Of a stretch of DNA of 64,000 nt, positions 11,523 through 20,755 are shown one piece after another. Each line of letters starts with the position of its first letter. The first letter of the stretch is position 1. Below the pieces are notes generated by a model. That model ran no database searches, was not told where the DNA came from, and saw nothing but the letters and a program-made list of their open reading frames with translations. Made by a program: the position numbers and the translations under genes. The DNA comes from Candidatus Sumerlaeota bacterium (GTDB lineage: Bacteria > Sumerlaeota > Sumerlaeia > Sumerlaeales > Sumerlaeaceae), in contig JAPLSQ010000076.1 in NCBI GenBank assembly GCA_026398535.1, forward strand, positions 10,237-74,236, in the 5' to 3' direction.

Positions 11523-13213
11523 CGGCTGGGCCTGCGTGTGGTTGTGGCGCGCTTGGTTGACCCGGAAGAGGAGTGTTTTTTCGCGGAACGTAGTTTGTCG
11601 CGTCCGGCGTCATCCTTGCCGGAACCGGATTTTGCCGGCTCGGCGGAATGGGTTGTCTTCGCGGCTGTCGTGGCCTCGTCGCCGGTCTCCTCGTCATCCG
11701 GCTCATCGGCGGCGGAGGCCGTCAGGGCGGATTCGGGCGTGTTGGGCGGCGGCGTGATGTCGAGGAGGCGGTTGCGGCGATAAAGGCGGACATTCGCCTT
11801 GTGCTCATCAAAGTTGCTGGCGAAGGCGTGTGTGCCATCGCCCTTGTGGACATAAAACAGGTAACCGGTTTCGGCCGGCTGGAATGTGGCGGCGATTGAT
11901 GATGCGCGCGGACTGCATATCGGCCCGGGCGGCAGACCCTTGTTTCGGTATGTGTTGTAGGGGGAGTCGACCTTGAGGTCAGCATAATTCAGGGAACGGC
12001 TCCAATCGTTCAGCGCGTAATGCACAGTTGCGTCGACTTCGAGCGGCATGCTCTTTTCCAGGCGGTTGAAGATGACCGAGGCGATGAGGGGTCTGTCGGC
12101 GTCAGCCCGTGCTTCGCGCTCGATGAGCGAAGCCATGATGATGTGTTCATGGAAGGACAGGTTGTCCTGCTTGGTCACCCCGCGCAGAGCGTTCTCAACA
12201 TTCTCACGAAACGCGCCCGTCATGATCTTGATCAGTTCATCTTCTTTGTTGCCCGGCCCGAAATAAAACGTGCAGGGATAAAGGTAGCCCTCCAAGGATT
12301 GAACATTGAAGCTGAGAGAGGCGATGAAATGCGGATCGCGGGTCATCTCGATGAATTTGTCCTCGTCAAAGTTCTCGTTGACCTTTTTGACGATGGCGGC
12401 GATTTCGCGGACAGTTTTGCCTTCGGGTATGGTGACCTTGAAATCCGTGGAGCCCTTGATAAGGCGCTCATAAACCTCGCTGAGATTCATGCTTGCATTA
12501 AGACGGTAGGCGCCGGCCTTGATCTTTTCAGAGTTGCCATTGGTTTTAGCCAGATACCACACGAGAACCTTGTCGTCGATGCCCATTTGGGACCCGAGAA
12601 ATCCGGCTTCGCGCAGACGTTTGACGATGGCGCCAAACCGGTCGCCCGGATTGATGATGATCACCGCGACGCGCGGCGAACGAAATTCCGCGCCGTATAG
12701 ACGGTCGTACGCGTAACGGAAATAAAGGAGAGCCACGCCGATGACTATGAAGATGACGATGAGGACGGCCCATGCGGCCAGATTGAACATGGCGAACAGG
12801 GCGTGCCAGCGTCCGCCATGGGGGGCATCCTGCGTGTCTTCGTCCATGATCACAGGGACTTCGGCAGGGATGTTGAAGAAAGGCTCGCTGGCGGGCTGCC
12901 CGACTCCGTCCCGCGTGGGCGGGCGGGGATGCCCGCGCTCCCATGGTTGATCGGTTTGTGCGTCAGACGGCGTCGTGGCGGCGTCACCGACGGCTGACGG
13001 GACAGGTTGGGGCGGTTGCGGGGGGGAGGAAGCTTGAGCCCCCTGACCGGCAAGATCAGGATGATCGAGAATCGCCTTCATACCCTCAAATGGAGTGGCA
13101 TGCACAGGCTCGGCCAATTCATCCGGCGTTTCGGATTCCCGCGCGGAATCCGCGGCTGGCGCCACAGGCGCCCGTGCCGACTCGTTGTCTGTCTTTTTTT
13201 CTACCGGCTCCAT
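11519..13213 (-). CDS. mltG: Endolytic murein transglycosylase MltG (YceG-like) with long disordered Pro/acidic N-terminal and basic C-terminal extensions.
   Basis: YceG domain motifs (IIMASLIEREARADADRPLIASVIFNRL, VDATVHYAL, SPYNTYRNKGLPPGPICSP) and one TM segment after a low-complexity N-terminus of about 150 aa. Confidence 0.8.
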   Translation of the reverse strand: MEPVEKKTDNESARAPVAPAADSARESETPDELAEPVHATPFEGMKAILDHPDLAGQGAQASSPPQPPQPVPSAVGDAATTPSDAQTDQPWERGHPRPPTRDGVGQPASEPFFNIPAEVPVIMDEDTQDAPHGGRWHALFAMFNLAAWAVLIVIFIVIGVALLYFRYAYDRLYGAEFRSPRVAVIIINPGDRFGAIVKRLREAGFLGSQMGIDDKVLVWYLAKTNGNSEKIKAGAYRLNASMNLSEVYERLIKGSTDFKVTIPEGKTVREIAAIVKKVNENFDEDKFIEMTRDPHFIASLSFNVQSLEGYLYPCTFYFGPGNKEDELIKIMTGAFRENVENALRGVTKQDNLSFHEHIIMASLIEREARADADRPLIASVIFNRLEKSMPLEVDATVHYALNDWSRSLNYADLKVDSPYNTYRNKGLPPGPICSPRASSIAATFQPAETGYLFYVHKGDGTHAFASNFDEHKANVRLYRRNRLLDITPPPNTPESALTASAADEPDDEETGDEATTAAKTTHSAEPAKSGSGKDDAGRDKLRSAKKHSSSGSTKRATTTRRPSR

Positions 13214-13438
13214 ATCAAAGCATCGTGTTAAGCAACGGCATTGGATAACATCAACACAAAATCTTTGACACCTGTTGAGCGGAAAAGTGTTGAATTATAT
13301 TGTAATAGCAGGAAACATAATGATTTTGCCTCACAGGACGGCTAATATGCAAACAGCCCGCGACTGCACATTTTTATCATGATTTTCGCGTTTTCATGGG
13401 CGTTGAGGGTGATGGAGCGAGTCTTCTGTACTTAGGCA

Positions 13439-16114
13439 TCAGCCGGTCGGCAGTTCCTCGACGGTGAATCTGGCCTCAAGCGAGGTTTTTGAGCTTCCGC
13501 CAACCATGACAAGGAAGCCGCCGGGCTCGACGACGCGCCGCAATTTCGCGTTATACAGCGATAGCGCCGCCGGGGTTAGTTCAAACTTCACGGTGCGTGT
13601 TTCACCGGACTGTAGCTCAATCCGCTCAAACGCTTTCAACTGCTTGCGCGGCCTCTTTACTGTGGCAAGCAGGTCGCGGATATAAACCTGCACGACTTCG
13701 GCGCCGGCTCGGTTGCCCGTATTGGTGACATCCACGCTGACGGGCACATTCGCGCCCATTTTCACCTTCTCCGGCGTCGTGAGATTCGCATAGCTGAATG
13801 TGGTGTAGCTCAACCCGTGGCCAAACACGAACCTTGGCTCGCCGGATGTGAAGATGTAACCGCCATACAAACCCCGGCCGCCGACCGGCTCATCGTATGT
13901 CTGCGGCAACTGCCCGACGTATGACGGCCAGGTAACGGGCAGCTTTCCGCACGGATTGTGATCGCCGAACAGCACATCGGCGATGGCGTTGCCGCCCTCC
14001 TGGCCCGGATACCATGCCGTGAGCGCCGCGCCCACATGATCGAATTCCCACTCCATGGTCAAAGGGCGCCCGCCAATATGCGCCAACACGGTTGGTGTGC
14101 CGGTTTCGACGACTGCTCGGACAAGCTGATCCTGGCTGCCGGAAAGGTCAATGAACGCGCGGTCGCGCACCTCGCCGCTCGTGGCGATGCAGTCGCCGAC
14201 GAACACCACAGCGGCGTCGGCTTGGCGCGCGATGTCCGCCGCGCGGGCGATGCCCCCGGCGCCAGGATCAATTCCCTGCCATACGAATGAAATGGAATCA
14301 ATGAAGGCCCGGTTGAAATGCTCAAGCACGATATCGTAGCGCTCATTGGCGGTTAATTGAATTTCCGCCGTATGCGTCTCGATCGCCCCCTCGCGCCATT
14401 CGTCCACGAGCAATTGCCCGTTCACCCACAAGCGCGCCCCGTCGGAATGGCTTGCCCCGATGCGGTATCTTCCCGACGCTTCAGGGGTGAGCGTGCCGCG
14501 CCAGCGCGCCGAATAATCTTTTGGAATGCCCTCAATCGAGGCGGGCGACTTGCATTCGCCCGTGAAGACAACCATCTCGTCAACGCGTTCGAGCTTCGGC
14601 CCGCCTTCCAGTCCGCGGTTGTCGAAGTATTGTCCCAGCAGTCCCGCCACACCAGCCTGCGGAGCAAGGCCGCGGATCGTGCCCTTTGGAGTCAGATGCT
14701 TTCCCGCAACGGATTCCGCCCGCCCTGTTCCGCCCACGATCTTGCACCCTTCGGCATACAACACCTTTGTCCGCGGCGAAACAGCGGCGCGGATGCCCTC
14801 GAGCGGTGAAACAAGCGGCGTCATCCATCCGCTGTAGTCGCCGGTCTCCATCACGGCGGCGTTCGGACCAATCACGGCAATTGTCCCGATGTTCCTGTCG
14901 AGCGGCAGCAGATTCTTTTCATTCTTCAAAAGGACGATGCACTGGCGCGCCGTGTCGCGCGACGCCTCGCGGTGTTCCACGCATCCGCACAACGCTTCAG
15001 CACGATCCGGATCGGCGAACGGATCCTCGAACAGACCCAGGCGGAACTTCGCGCGAAGGATGCGCCGGCACGCTTCATCCACAGCGCTCGCCGGTAGTTT
15101 GCCCCCGCGCACAAGGTTGAGCGCCTGTTGCGACACCGAGCCTCCAAAACTCTGATCCACGCCCGCGCTGACAGCCAGCCGAACGGCGTCCTCATAGTTC
15201 TCCGCCACGCCGTGGCTTTGTTCCAGCAGGCCGATTGCGCCCATATCTTCAATCACATAACCGTCAAACCCCCATTCTTCCCGCAGTATCTCTGTCAGCA
15301 GTTCGCGCGAGGCGTTGCATGGCACGTAGCACCAGTCGCTGTAGGCGGCCATGATGGAACCGGCCTTGGCTTCGCGCACGGCCGCCTCGAACGGCGGCAG
15401 GGCAAATTCGCGCAGGAACTCGCGCCCATAGCCGACGGGGTGGCTGTCGCGCCCGCCCAGTGGCGCCCCATGGCCGGCAAAATGCTTTGGTGTGGCGATG
15501 ATGTGCTCCTTGCCGATGTTTGGGCTTTCGCCCTGCATGCCTTTGACCATGGCCACACCCATCCGCGAGCAAAGAAAGGGGTCCTCGCCGTACCCCTCCT
15601 CCATGCGCCCCCAGCGCGGATCGCGCCCCACGTCAAGCACGGGCGACAGTCCGCTCGTCGAGCCGCACGCGCGCGCCTCCTTCGCTATGAGCGCGCCGAT
15701 ACGGCGCGCCATATCGGGATTCCACGAACTCGAAAGCGCGATGGCTTGGGGAAAAATAGCGCAATTGGGCGCCGCGTTGCCGTGTAGTGTTTCACAGATG
15801 ATGAGCGCCGGAATCCCAAGACGCGTTGTTTCCATTAGAAACTTCTGGGCCGCGTTCGTGGCTTCCGCCAGCGACCGCGGACTGCTCTTGTCCTCGCGCT
15901 GATGAAGCGAACCCACGCCGTGCGGCCCGATGTTTTCACGCGCGGCCGGCTCGTAAAACCTGCCGTCCTTCATGAAACTGGGCCCATCGCCCCATGAATT
16001 GGGCAGCATGGTCAACTGACAGACCTTTTCCTCAAGCGTCATGCGCGACAGCAGATCCTCAACCCGATCCTCGACTGGCAGCACGGGATTCCTGTACGCG
16101 GCTTCAACCTTCAT
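13439..16114 (-). CDS. GH3 beta-glucosidase with an inserted PA14 domain.
   Basis: GH3 N- and C-terminal domain motifs (GFDGYVIEDMGAI, KHFAGHG) and a PA14-like insert (WRGTLTPEASGRYRIGASHSDGARLWVNGQLLVDEW). The start is set at the ATG at 16114, which is preceded by AAGGAG; the track ORF extends to 16171. Confidence 0.85.
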   Translation of the reverse strand: MKVEAAYRNPVLPVEDRVEDLLSRMTLEEKVCQLTMLPNSWGDGPSFMKDGRFYEPAARENIGPHGVGSLHQREDKSSPRSLAEATNAAQKFLMETTRLGIPALIICETLHGNAAPNCAIFPQAIALSSSWNPDMARRIGALIAKEARACGSTSGLSPVLDVGRDPRWGRMEEGYGEDPFLCSRMGVAMVKGMQGESPNIGKEHIIATPKHFAGHGAPLGGRDSHPVGYGREFLREFALPPFEAAVREAKAGSIMAAYSDWCYVPCNASRELLTEILREEWGFDGYVIEDMGAIGLLEQSHGVAENYEDAVRLAVSAGVDQSFGGSVSQQALNLVRGGKLPASAVDEACRRILRAKFRLGLFEDPFADPDRAEALCGCVEHREASRDTARQCIVLLKNEKNLLPLDRNIGTIAVIGPNAAVMETGDYSGWMTPLVSPLEGIRAAVSPRTKVLYAEGCKIVGGTGRAESVAGKHLTPKGTIRGLAPQAGVAGLLGQYFDNRGLEGGPKLERVDEMVVFTGECKSPASIEGIPKDYSARWRGTLTPEASGRYRIGASHSDGARLWVNGQLLVDEWREGAIETHTAEIQLTANERYDIVLEHFNRAFIDSISFVWQGIDPGAGGIARAADIARQADAAVVFVGDCIATSGEVRDRAFIDLSGSQDQLVRAVVETGTPTVLAHIGGRPLTMEWEFDHVGAALTAWYPGQEGGNAIADVLFGDHNPCGKLPVTWPSYVGQLPQTYDEPVGGRGLYGGYIFTSGEPRFVFGHGLSYTTFSYANLTTPEKVKMGANVPVSVDVTNTGNRAGAEVVQVYIRDLLATVKRPRKQLKAFERIELQSGETRTVKFELTPAALSLYNAKLRRVVEPGGFLVMVGGSSKTSLEARFTVEELPTG

Positions 16115-16283
16115 CAGTGTCTCCTTGAGCAGATTATTGTGAATGTCCCATGCTCCAAATTTACATATCATCCATCACCGAAAAAAAGCATCAGGGTGCG
16201 AGATTTATACAATTATTTACTTGAAAATCCGTCTATCGGGAATTTTATCAAGAAATATCATATGTGGAACACGTGAACCGTAT

Positions 16284-16967
16284 ATGGCTCTGATCAAATC
16301 CTCCGTTCCCGGTCTTTCGCGGGGTCTTAAGATTCTGCGTTTGCTTGCCGAACCCATGACTGTTGAGGACATCGTGCGCCGCGCGGGCGTGCCAAAAAGC
16401 TCGGGTTTGCGCATCTTGGACACACTTCGCGGCGAGGGTTTGGTGATGCGCGATCCCGTCACCCGGTTATACCAAGCCGCTTCGGAACTGACGACAAACC
16501 ATGCCCTCGCCCACGCGGATCTGATGCCCGGCGATGCGGAATGGATGCGCAGCCCTGGCGATTGGTTCCGGCAGTTCACACGCCAATCCATGCCCTATGT
16601 GACAACATACGGTTCGCGGGGCGATGCCGACGTTGGGGTGATGTGGCGGTTGCTGCCCGGCGGTACGGGTTTTGACCGGCTGTCGTTTACCGTGCATGGG
16701 GACCATGCCGAGATCATGCTGATCCAAGGCGGCAGTCATATTCCCACAGATGGCGATATTTGCCTGATCCGCCGCAATCTGCATGACGGGTTGTATGGGA
16801 GGATGCTGTCGGTCGTCAAAGGCCGCGACAGCAACGACACAGCGATCAATGTCATATGGAACGTTGATGGAAACGATGGCGAAGACCTGAAAGTTGTCAT
16901 CATGGACGCGCTCGACGAAGCGTGGGGATTCATCAGTGTGTCACGCATGACGATGAGGCATTCATGA
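16284..16967 (+). CDS. IclR-type HTH transcriptional regulator, divergent from the GH3 gene.
   Basis: N-terminal IclR HTH signature (LSRGLKILRLLAEPMTVEDIVRRAGVPKSSGLRILDTLRGEGLV). ATG at 16284. The C-terminal roughly 160 aa domain is not confidently assigned. Confidence 0.55.
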   Translation: MALIKSSVPGLSRGLKILRLLAEPMTVEDIVRRAGVPKSSGLRILDTLRGEGLVMRDPVTRLYQAASELTTNHALAHADLMPGDAEWMRSPGDWFRQFTRQSMPYVTTYGSRGDADVGVMWRLLPGGTGFDRLSFTVHGDHAEIMLIQGGSHIPTDGDICLIRRNLHDGLYGRMLSVVKGRDSNDTAINVIWNVDGNDGEDLKVVIMDALDEAWGFISVSRMTMRHS

Positions 16968-17012
16968 TAATTGTCCGAAAATTAATAACGATCTTTTATA
17001 AGGAGCAGCAGC

Positions 17013-17585
17013 ATGAGACATCGCACGGGTTTCACCCTGATTGAACTTTTAATTGTGGTGGCCATCATCGCCATCCTTGCCGCGATCGCCGTCCCCAACT
17101 TCCTTGAGGCGCAGACGCGCTCGAAGGTCTCGCGCGGGCGGGCGGATATGCGCACCATCGCCACGGCTGTCGAGTCGTACTGGGCGGACCACAGCAAATA
17201 TCCGCCGACCCAGGCATCGCAGGAAAGCAGGTATGCGTATGTGACCAGCCCCGTGGCCTACATTTCCAGCATACCCGCTGATGTGTTTGGAAGCGGCAGG
17301 CTGGGAACGTGGACGTTCGCAGGCTATCTGAGCTACTACACATACGATTTCATTGTCTCCTATGCCCCGGACAAGTTATGGGGCTTTGGCCCGGCCTACT
17401 GGCCGGCGATCATGAAAGGGGCGCAGGTCACCGCTCCCGAAAGCAAGGGATGGTATCTTGCCTCGGCGGGGCCGGACAGGAGGGCGGGTCTTGACTCCGC
17501 GGCAAACCGCGAATTTATGGCCACGCCCTACGATCCGACCAATGGCAGCATCAGCCCGGGCGACATCCAACGCATCGGCCCGTGA
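17013..17585 (+). CDS. Prepilin-type N-terminal cleavage/methylation domain protein (type II secretion pseudopilin-like).
   Basis: N-terminus MRHRTGFTLIELLIVVAIIAILAAIAVPNF is the canonical class III signal with a methylation site. AAGGAG lies 8 nt upstream of the ATG. Confidence 0.75.
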   Translation: MRHRTGFTLIELLIVVAIIAILAAIAVPNFLEAQTRSKVSRGRADMRTIATAVESYWADHSKYPPTQASQESRYAYVTSPVAYISSIPADVFGSGRLGTWTFAGYLSYYTYDFIVSYAPDKLWGFGPAYWPAIMKGAQVTAPESKGWYLASAGPDRRAGLDSAANREFMATPYDPTNGSISPGDIQRIGP

Positions 17586-17642
17586 GCAATGACGCGCCGC
17601 GCCGATCACGGTTGCTGTTTGAACCACAATATGCGGCGGCGC

Positions 17643-20225
17643 CTAAGGGCTTTCCGTTGTCCATCCCAGCGCGCCCAGCCGTTGTTTCAGTCTGCTGAAT
17701 TCCGTCTCCATTGCCGACAGATAGGCGCGTGCTGAATCGAGTTTGCCGCCGCGCAGGAGATTTTCCATCTCCCGGGCTGTTTGCGACATCGCGTTGGCGG
17801 CTATGGCTGTCGCGGAGCCCTTGATTGTATGCGATTCAATGCTGGCGGCCTCCGTTTCGCCCTTGGCCAGATTCACGCTCAACGCCGCGAGCCTGCCGGG
17901 AACGATTTCAAGAAACGATGCGATTGTTGACTTGGCGAGATCACGGTCGCCCATCATCAGTTCGAGCATTTCCGCCTCATTTAACAAGTTTGCCTCGGTG
18001 TCCTGTTTTGTGTCCGCGGTTGTGGCGGCTTTCTCAGTCAAGTGTTGAGGCGGCGCGATTCCTTTGCGCGGGGTTTCCCCGCTGAACGTTCGTTTCGGCA
18101 ACCAGTGCTCCAGTTTGGTGGCGAATTCGGAGATGCGGATCGGCTTGGCGATATAATCGTTCATTCCCGCCTGAAGGCATCGTTCCTTGTCGCCCCGCAT
18201 TGCCAGCGCCGTCAGCGCGATGATGGGCAGGCGCGGATTGAGCGCCCCCGCTCCGTCGGATTTGCGGATGAGGGCGGCCGCCTCAAAACCGTCCATTTCC
18301 GGCATATGGCAATCCATAAGCACAAGATCATACGGGATGGATTGAAGCGCATGGATGACCTCGCGGCCGTTTGCCACGGCGTCAGCCCGGTAGCCAAGCT
18401 TTGCAAGCATGGACATGGCCACAAGCTGGTTCGTGGGATTGTCTTCCGCCAGCAGAATGCGGATGTGCTTCGGGGGGGCTGATTGCGCAAGGGCGCCGGA
18501 TGCCGCGGCGGGGGCGGTTGGCGGCTGGCTGGCATTGTCTGAGGATGCCAGCGCCAACAAAAGCGACTTCAGAAGCTGGGATTGACGCACCGGTTTTGAA
18601 AGACTGGCAGAAAACGCCGCGCTGTCAGACCGCTGCGCCTCCGAAATCTGGCTGAGAGGCGTCATCAGCACCAGCCGCGTGTTCCTGATCGCCGGGGCGG
18701 ATTTGATGACGCGGCCAAGCTCAAGGCCGTTCGTCCCCGGCATATCCTTGTCAATCAGAGCCATTTGGAATGGATCGCGGCACAGGACAGCATCCTTCAG
18801 CGCGGCCACTGCATGGCTGGCGCTGTCTGCCGTGGCGATCCGGCATCCCCAGGCCCGGAGCGAGGCGCTTAGATATTGCGCGCAGGCAGAATTATCATCC
18901 ACCACAAGCGTGCGAATGCCCTCAAGCGCGTTCGATGATGGTTCAGTCGCGCCTGACGCGGCGGGCGCCTGTTCCTGTTTGTCCATCACGAAGGTGAACC
19001 AGAAAACCGATCCCTTGCCCTCATGGCTTTCGACTCCGATCTGTCCCCCCATCAGTTCCGCCAGTTGCTTTGAGATGGCCAGCCCCAGGCCCGTGCCGCC
19101 ATACTTTCGCGTCGTTGAATTGTCCATTTGTGTGAAAGGGTTGAACAGAAGTCCCAGCCGGTCGCGCGGGATGCCAATTCCTGTGTCCCTGACAGAAATC
19201 CGCAGTGTGGCGCGCTGCGCGTCCTGCGTTTCCGCGCGCGCATGGATGACAACTTCGCCATGTTTGGCGAACTTGATGGCGTTGCCTGTGAGGTTGACGA
19301 GTATCTGGCGGAGGCGTCCCGGATCGCCGCGCAGATTCAGGGGCGTATCGGGATCAATCATGCACACAAGCTCCAGCCCCTTCTCATGGGCGCGAACGGC
19401 GAACATCTCGGCGGTGTCCTCGATTATTTCGCGCATATCAAAGTCCAGTATCTCCAGCTCCAGTTTGTGCGCCTCGATTTTTGAAAAATCGAGGATGTCA
19501 TTGATCAGCGACAACAGCGACTCGCCGCTTGCGCGCACCACCTCGGTATAACGGCGTTGTTCGGGTGTGAGAAGCGTATCGAGCAGCAGGCCGGCCATGC
19601 CGATCACGCCGTTCATGGGCGTGCGTATCTCGTGGCTCATGTGGGCGAGAAACTCGCTTTTTGACCGGTTTGCCTCATCAGCCTTCCTTGCCATTTCCTC
19701 AGCCCTCTCAATGGCCTCCTTGAGCCGTCGGTTAGCCTCCACGACCGAGTCGCGCGCTGCCTGCGCGTCGAGCATTAGATTGAGCGCGGCGGCCCGCTGA
19801 GCCACAAGCGCCTTGTGCGACTCGCGGAGACGCTCGACCATGGCATTAAACGCGTGTGAAAACTCGCCCATGAAATCCACGTGTTGCGCCAGATCACCTT
19901 CGGCAATTTGCTGTGCCTGCCATGTGAGATGACGCAGAGCCGCCTGCAGGGATTTCAACGCGCCAGCCATGGAGCCGCGCATCGGCAATCGCCACGACAA
20001 ATCGCCGTTGGCCATGGCCAATGTGAAATCCCGCAAAGCCGCAAGCTCGCTTGAAAGTTCTGTGAACTCGGGCAGGGAAGCGATGGCAGGGACAAGCTCT
20101 TCGGGTATTTGACCTGTGACAAGCACATTGCTTATGGCCGACAGAGCGGCCCGGACGTCCGCGACGCCAAATTGCGGAGCCGGCTCGAAAGACGCCGCGA
20201 TTTGTCCTGGCGTGTCCGATTTCAT
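17643..20225 (-). CDS. Soluble hybrid sensor histidine kinase: HAMP-like, HisKA, HATPase_c, two REC domains, and a C-terminal Hpt.
   Basis: HAMP ([27 protein letters not shown]), H-box ([18 protein letters not shown]), G-box ([12 protein letters not shown]), two receiver domains (VVDDNS..., [11 protein letters not shown]...[14 protein letters not shown]), and Hpt ([17 protein letters not shown]). No TM segments. Confidence 0.9.
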   Translation of the reverse strand: MKSDTPGQIAASFEPAPQFGVADVRAALSAISNVLVTGQIPEELVPAIASLPEFTELSSELAALRDFTLAMANGDLSWRLPMRGSMAGALKSLQAALRHLTWQAQQIAEGDLAQHVDFMGEFSHAFNAMVERLRESHKALVAQRAAALNLMLDAQAARDSVVEANRRLKEAIERAEEMARKADEANRSKSEFLAHMSHEIRTPMNGVIGMAGLLLDTLLTPEQRRYTEVVRASGESLLSLINDILDFSKIEAHKLELEILDFDMREIIEDTAEMFAVRAHEKGLELVCMIDPDTPLNLRGDPGRLRQILVNLTGNAIKFAKHGEVVIHARAETQDAQRATLRISVRDTGIGIPRDRLGLLFNPFTQMDNSTTRKYGGTGLGLAISKQLAELMGGQIGVESHEGKGSVFWFTFVMDKQEQAPAASGATEPSSNALEGIRTLVVDDNSACAQYLSASLRAWGCRIATADSASHAVAALKDAVLCRDPFQMALIDKDMPGTNGLELGRVIKSAPAIRNTRLVLMTPLSQISEAQRSDSAAFSASLSKPVRQSQLLKSLLLALASSDNASQPPTAPAAASGALAQSAPPKHIRILLAEDNPTNQLVAMSMLAKLGYRADAVANGREVIHALQSIPYDLVLMDCHMPEMDGFEAAALIRKSDGAGALNPRLPIIALTALAMRGDKERCLQAGMNDYIAKPIRISEFATKLEHWLPKRTFSGETPRKGIAPPQHLTEKAATTADTKQDTEANLLNEAEMLELMMGDRDLAKSTIASFLEIVPGRLAALSVNLAKGETEAASIESHTIKGSATAIAANAMSQTAREMENLLRGGKLDSARAYLSAMETEFSRLKQRLGALGWTTESP

Positions 20226-20755
20226 GCGCCGCCCTGCTCCGCCGCCACAACTTCAAACCGGCATGTGCGTTCGCCCGTGCACCAGCAATCAATCTCCTTC
20301 ACATTGAAGGCTTTTCCCGTGAAGGACTCCAGAAGCCCCGAGATGAATCCCTCGTCATATTTGCAGATTTCTAAGTCAGATTCGGGCAGACCGGAACAAT
20401 CAAGGTCTTCGGACACTGTCAGAACGAAGTGCCCTTTTTCAGGGTCGGATTTTTCCACACGCAGGATGCCGATGCCCATTTCCTCAAAGATTTGCTGGAG
20501 GCGGCTGATGAAGGCATTCAAATTCGGCTGCGGGCCGACCACATGCGCGAAAAATTCCGCGCCTGCCAATTTGCCCGCATCCCTGAAGATGCGGTCGGCC
20601 TCGCTCCCGCCATAACCGCGCTCGATGACGTCGCGCAATGTGAACTGCATGAGCCGGTAAACTTCGAGCCGGGTTTGCGGGCCAAGGTTCGGCCGGCCAA
20701 TGCTGAGATCGCCCAGCAACGACCAGGTAAACGGATATTTACGTGTTGTTTCCAT
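20222..20755 (-). CDS. V4R (4-vinyl reductase) domain protein.
   Basis: C-terminal [39 protein letters not shown] matches the V4R C-x-G-x-TGK...C-x-G fold signature. Start is set at the ATG at 20755; the track ORF runs to 20878 and overlaps the PAS-sensor gene. The stop overlaps the HK start (ATGA). Confidence 0.55.
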   Translation of the reverse strand: METTRKYPFTWSLLGDLSIGRPNLGPQTRLEVYRLMQFTLRDVIERGYGGSEADRIFRDAGKLAGAEFFAHVVGPQPNLNAFISRLQQIFEEMGIGILRVEKSDPEKGHFVLTVSEDLDCSGLPESDLEICKYDEGFISGLLESFTGKAFNVKEIDCWCTGERTCRFEVVAAEQGGA

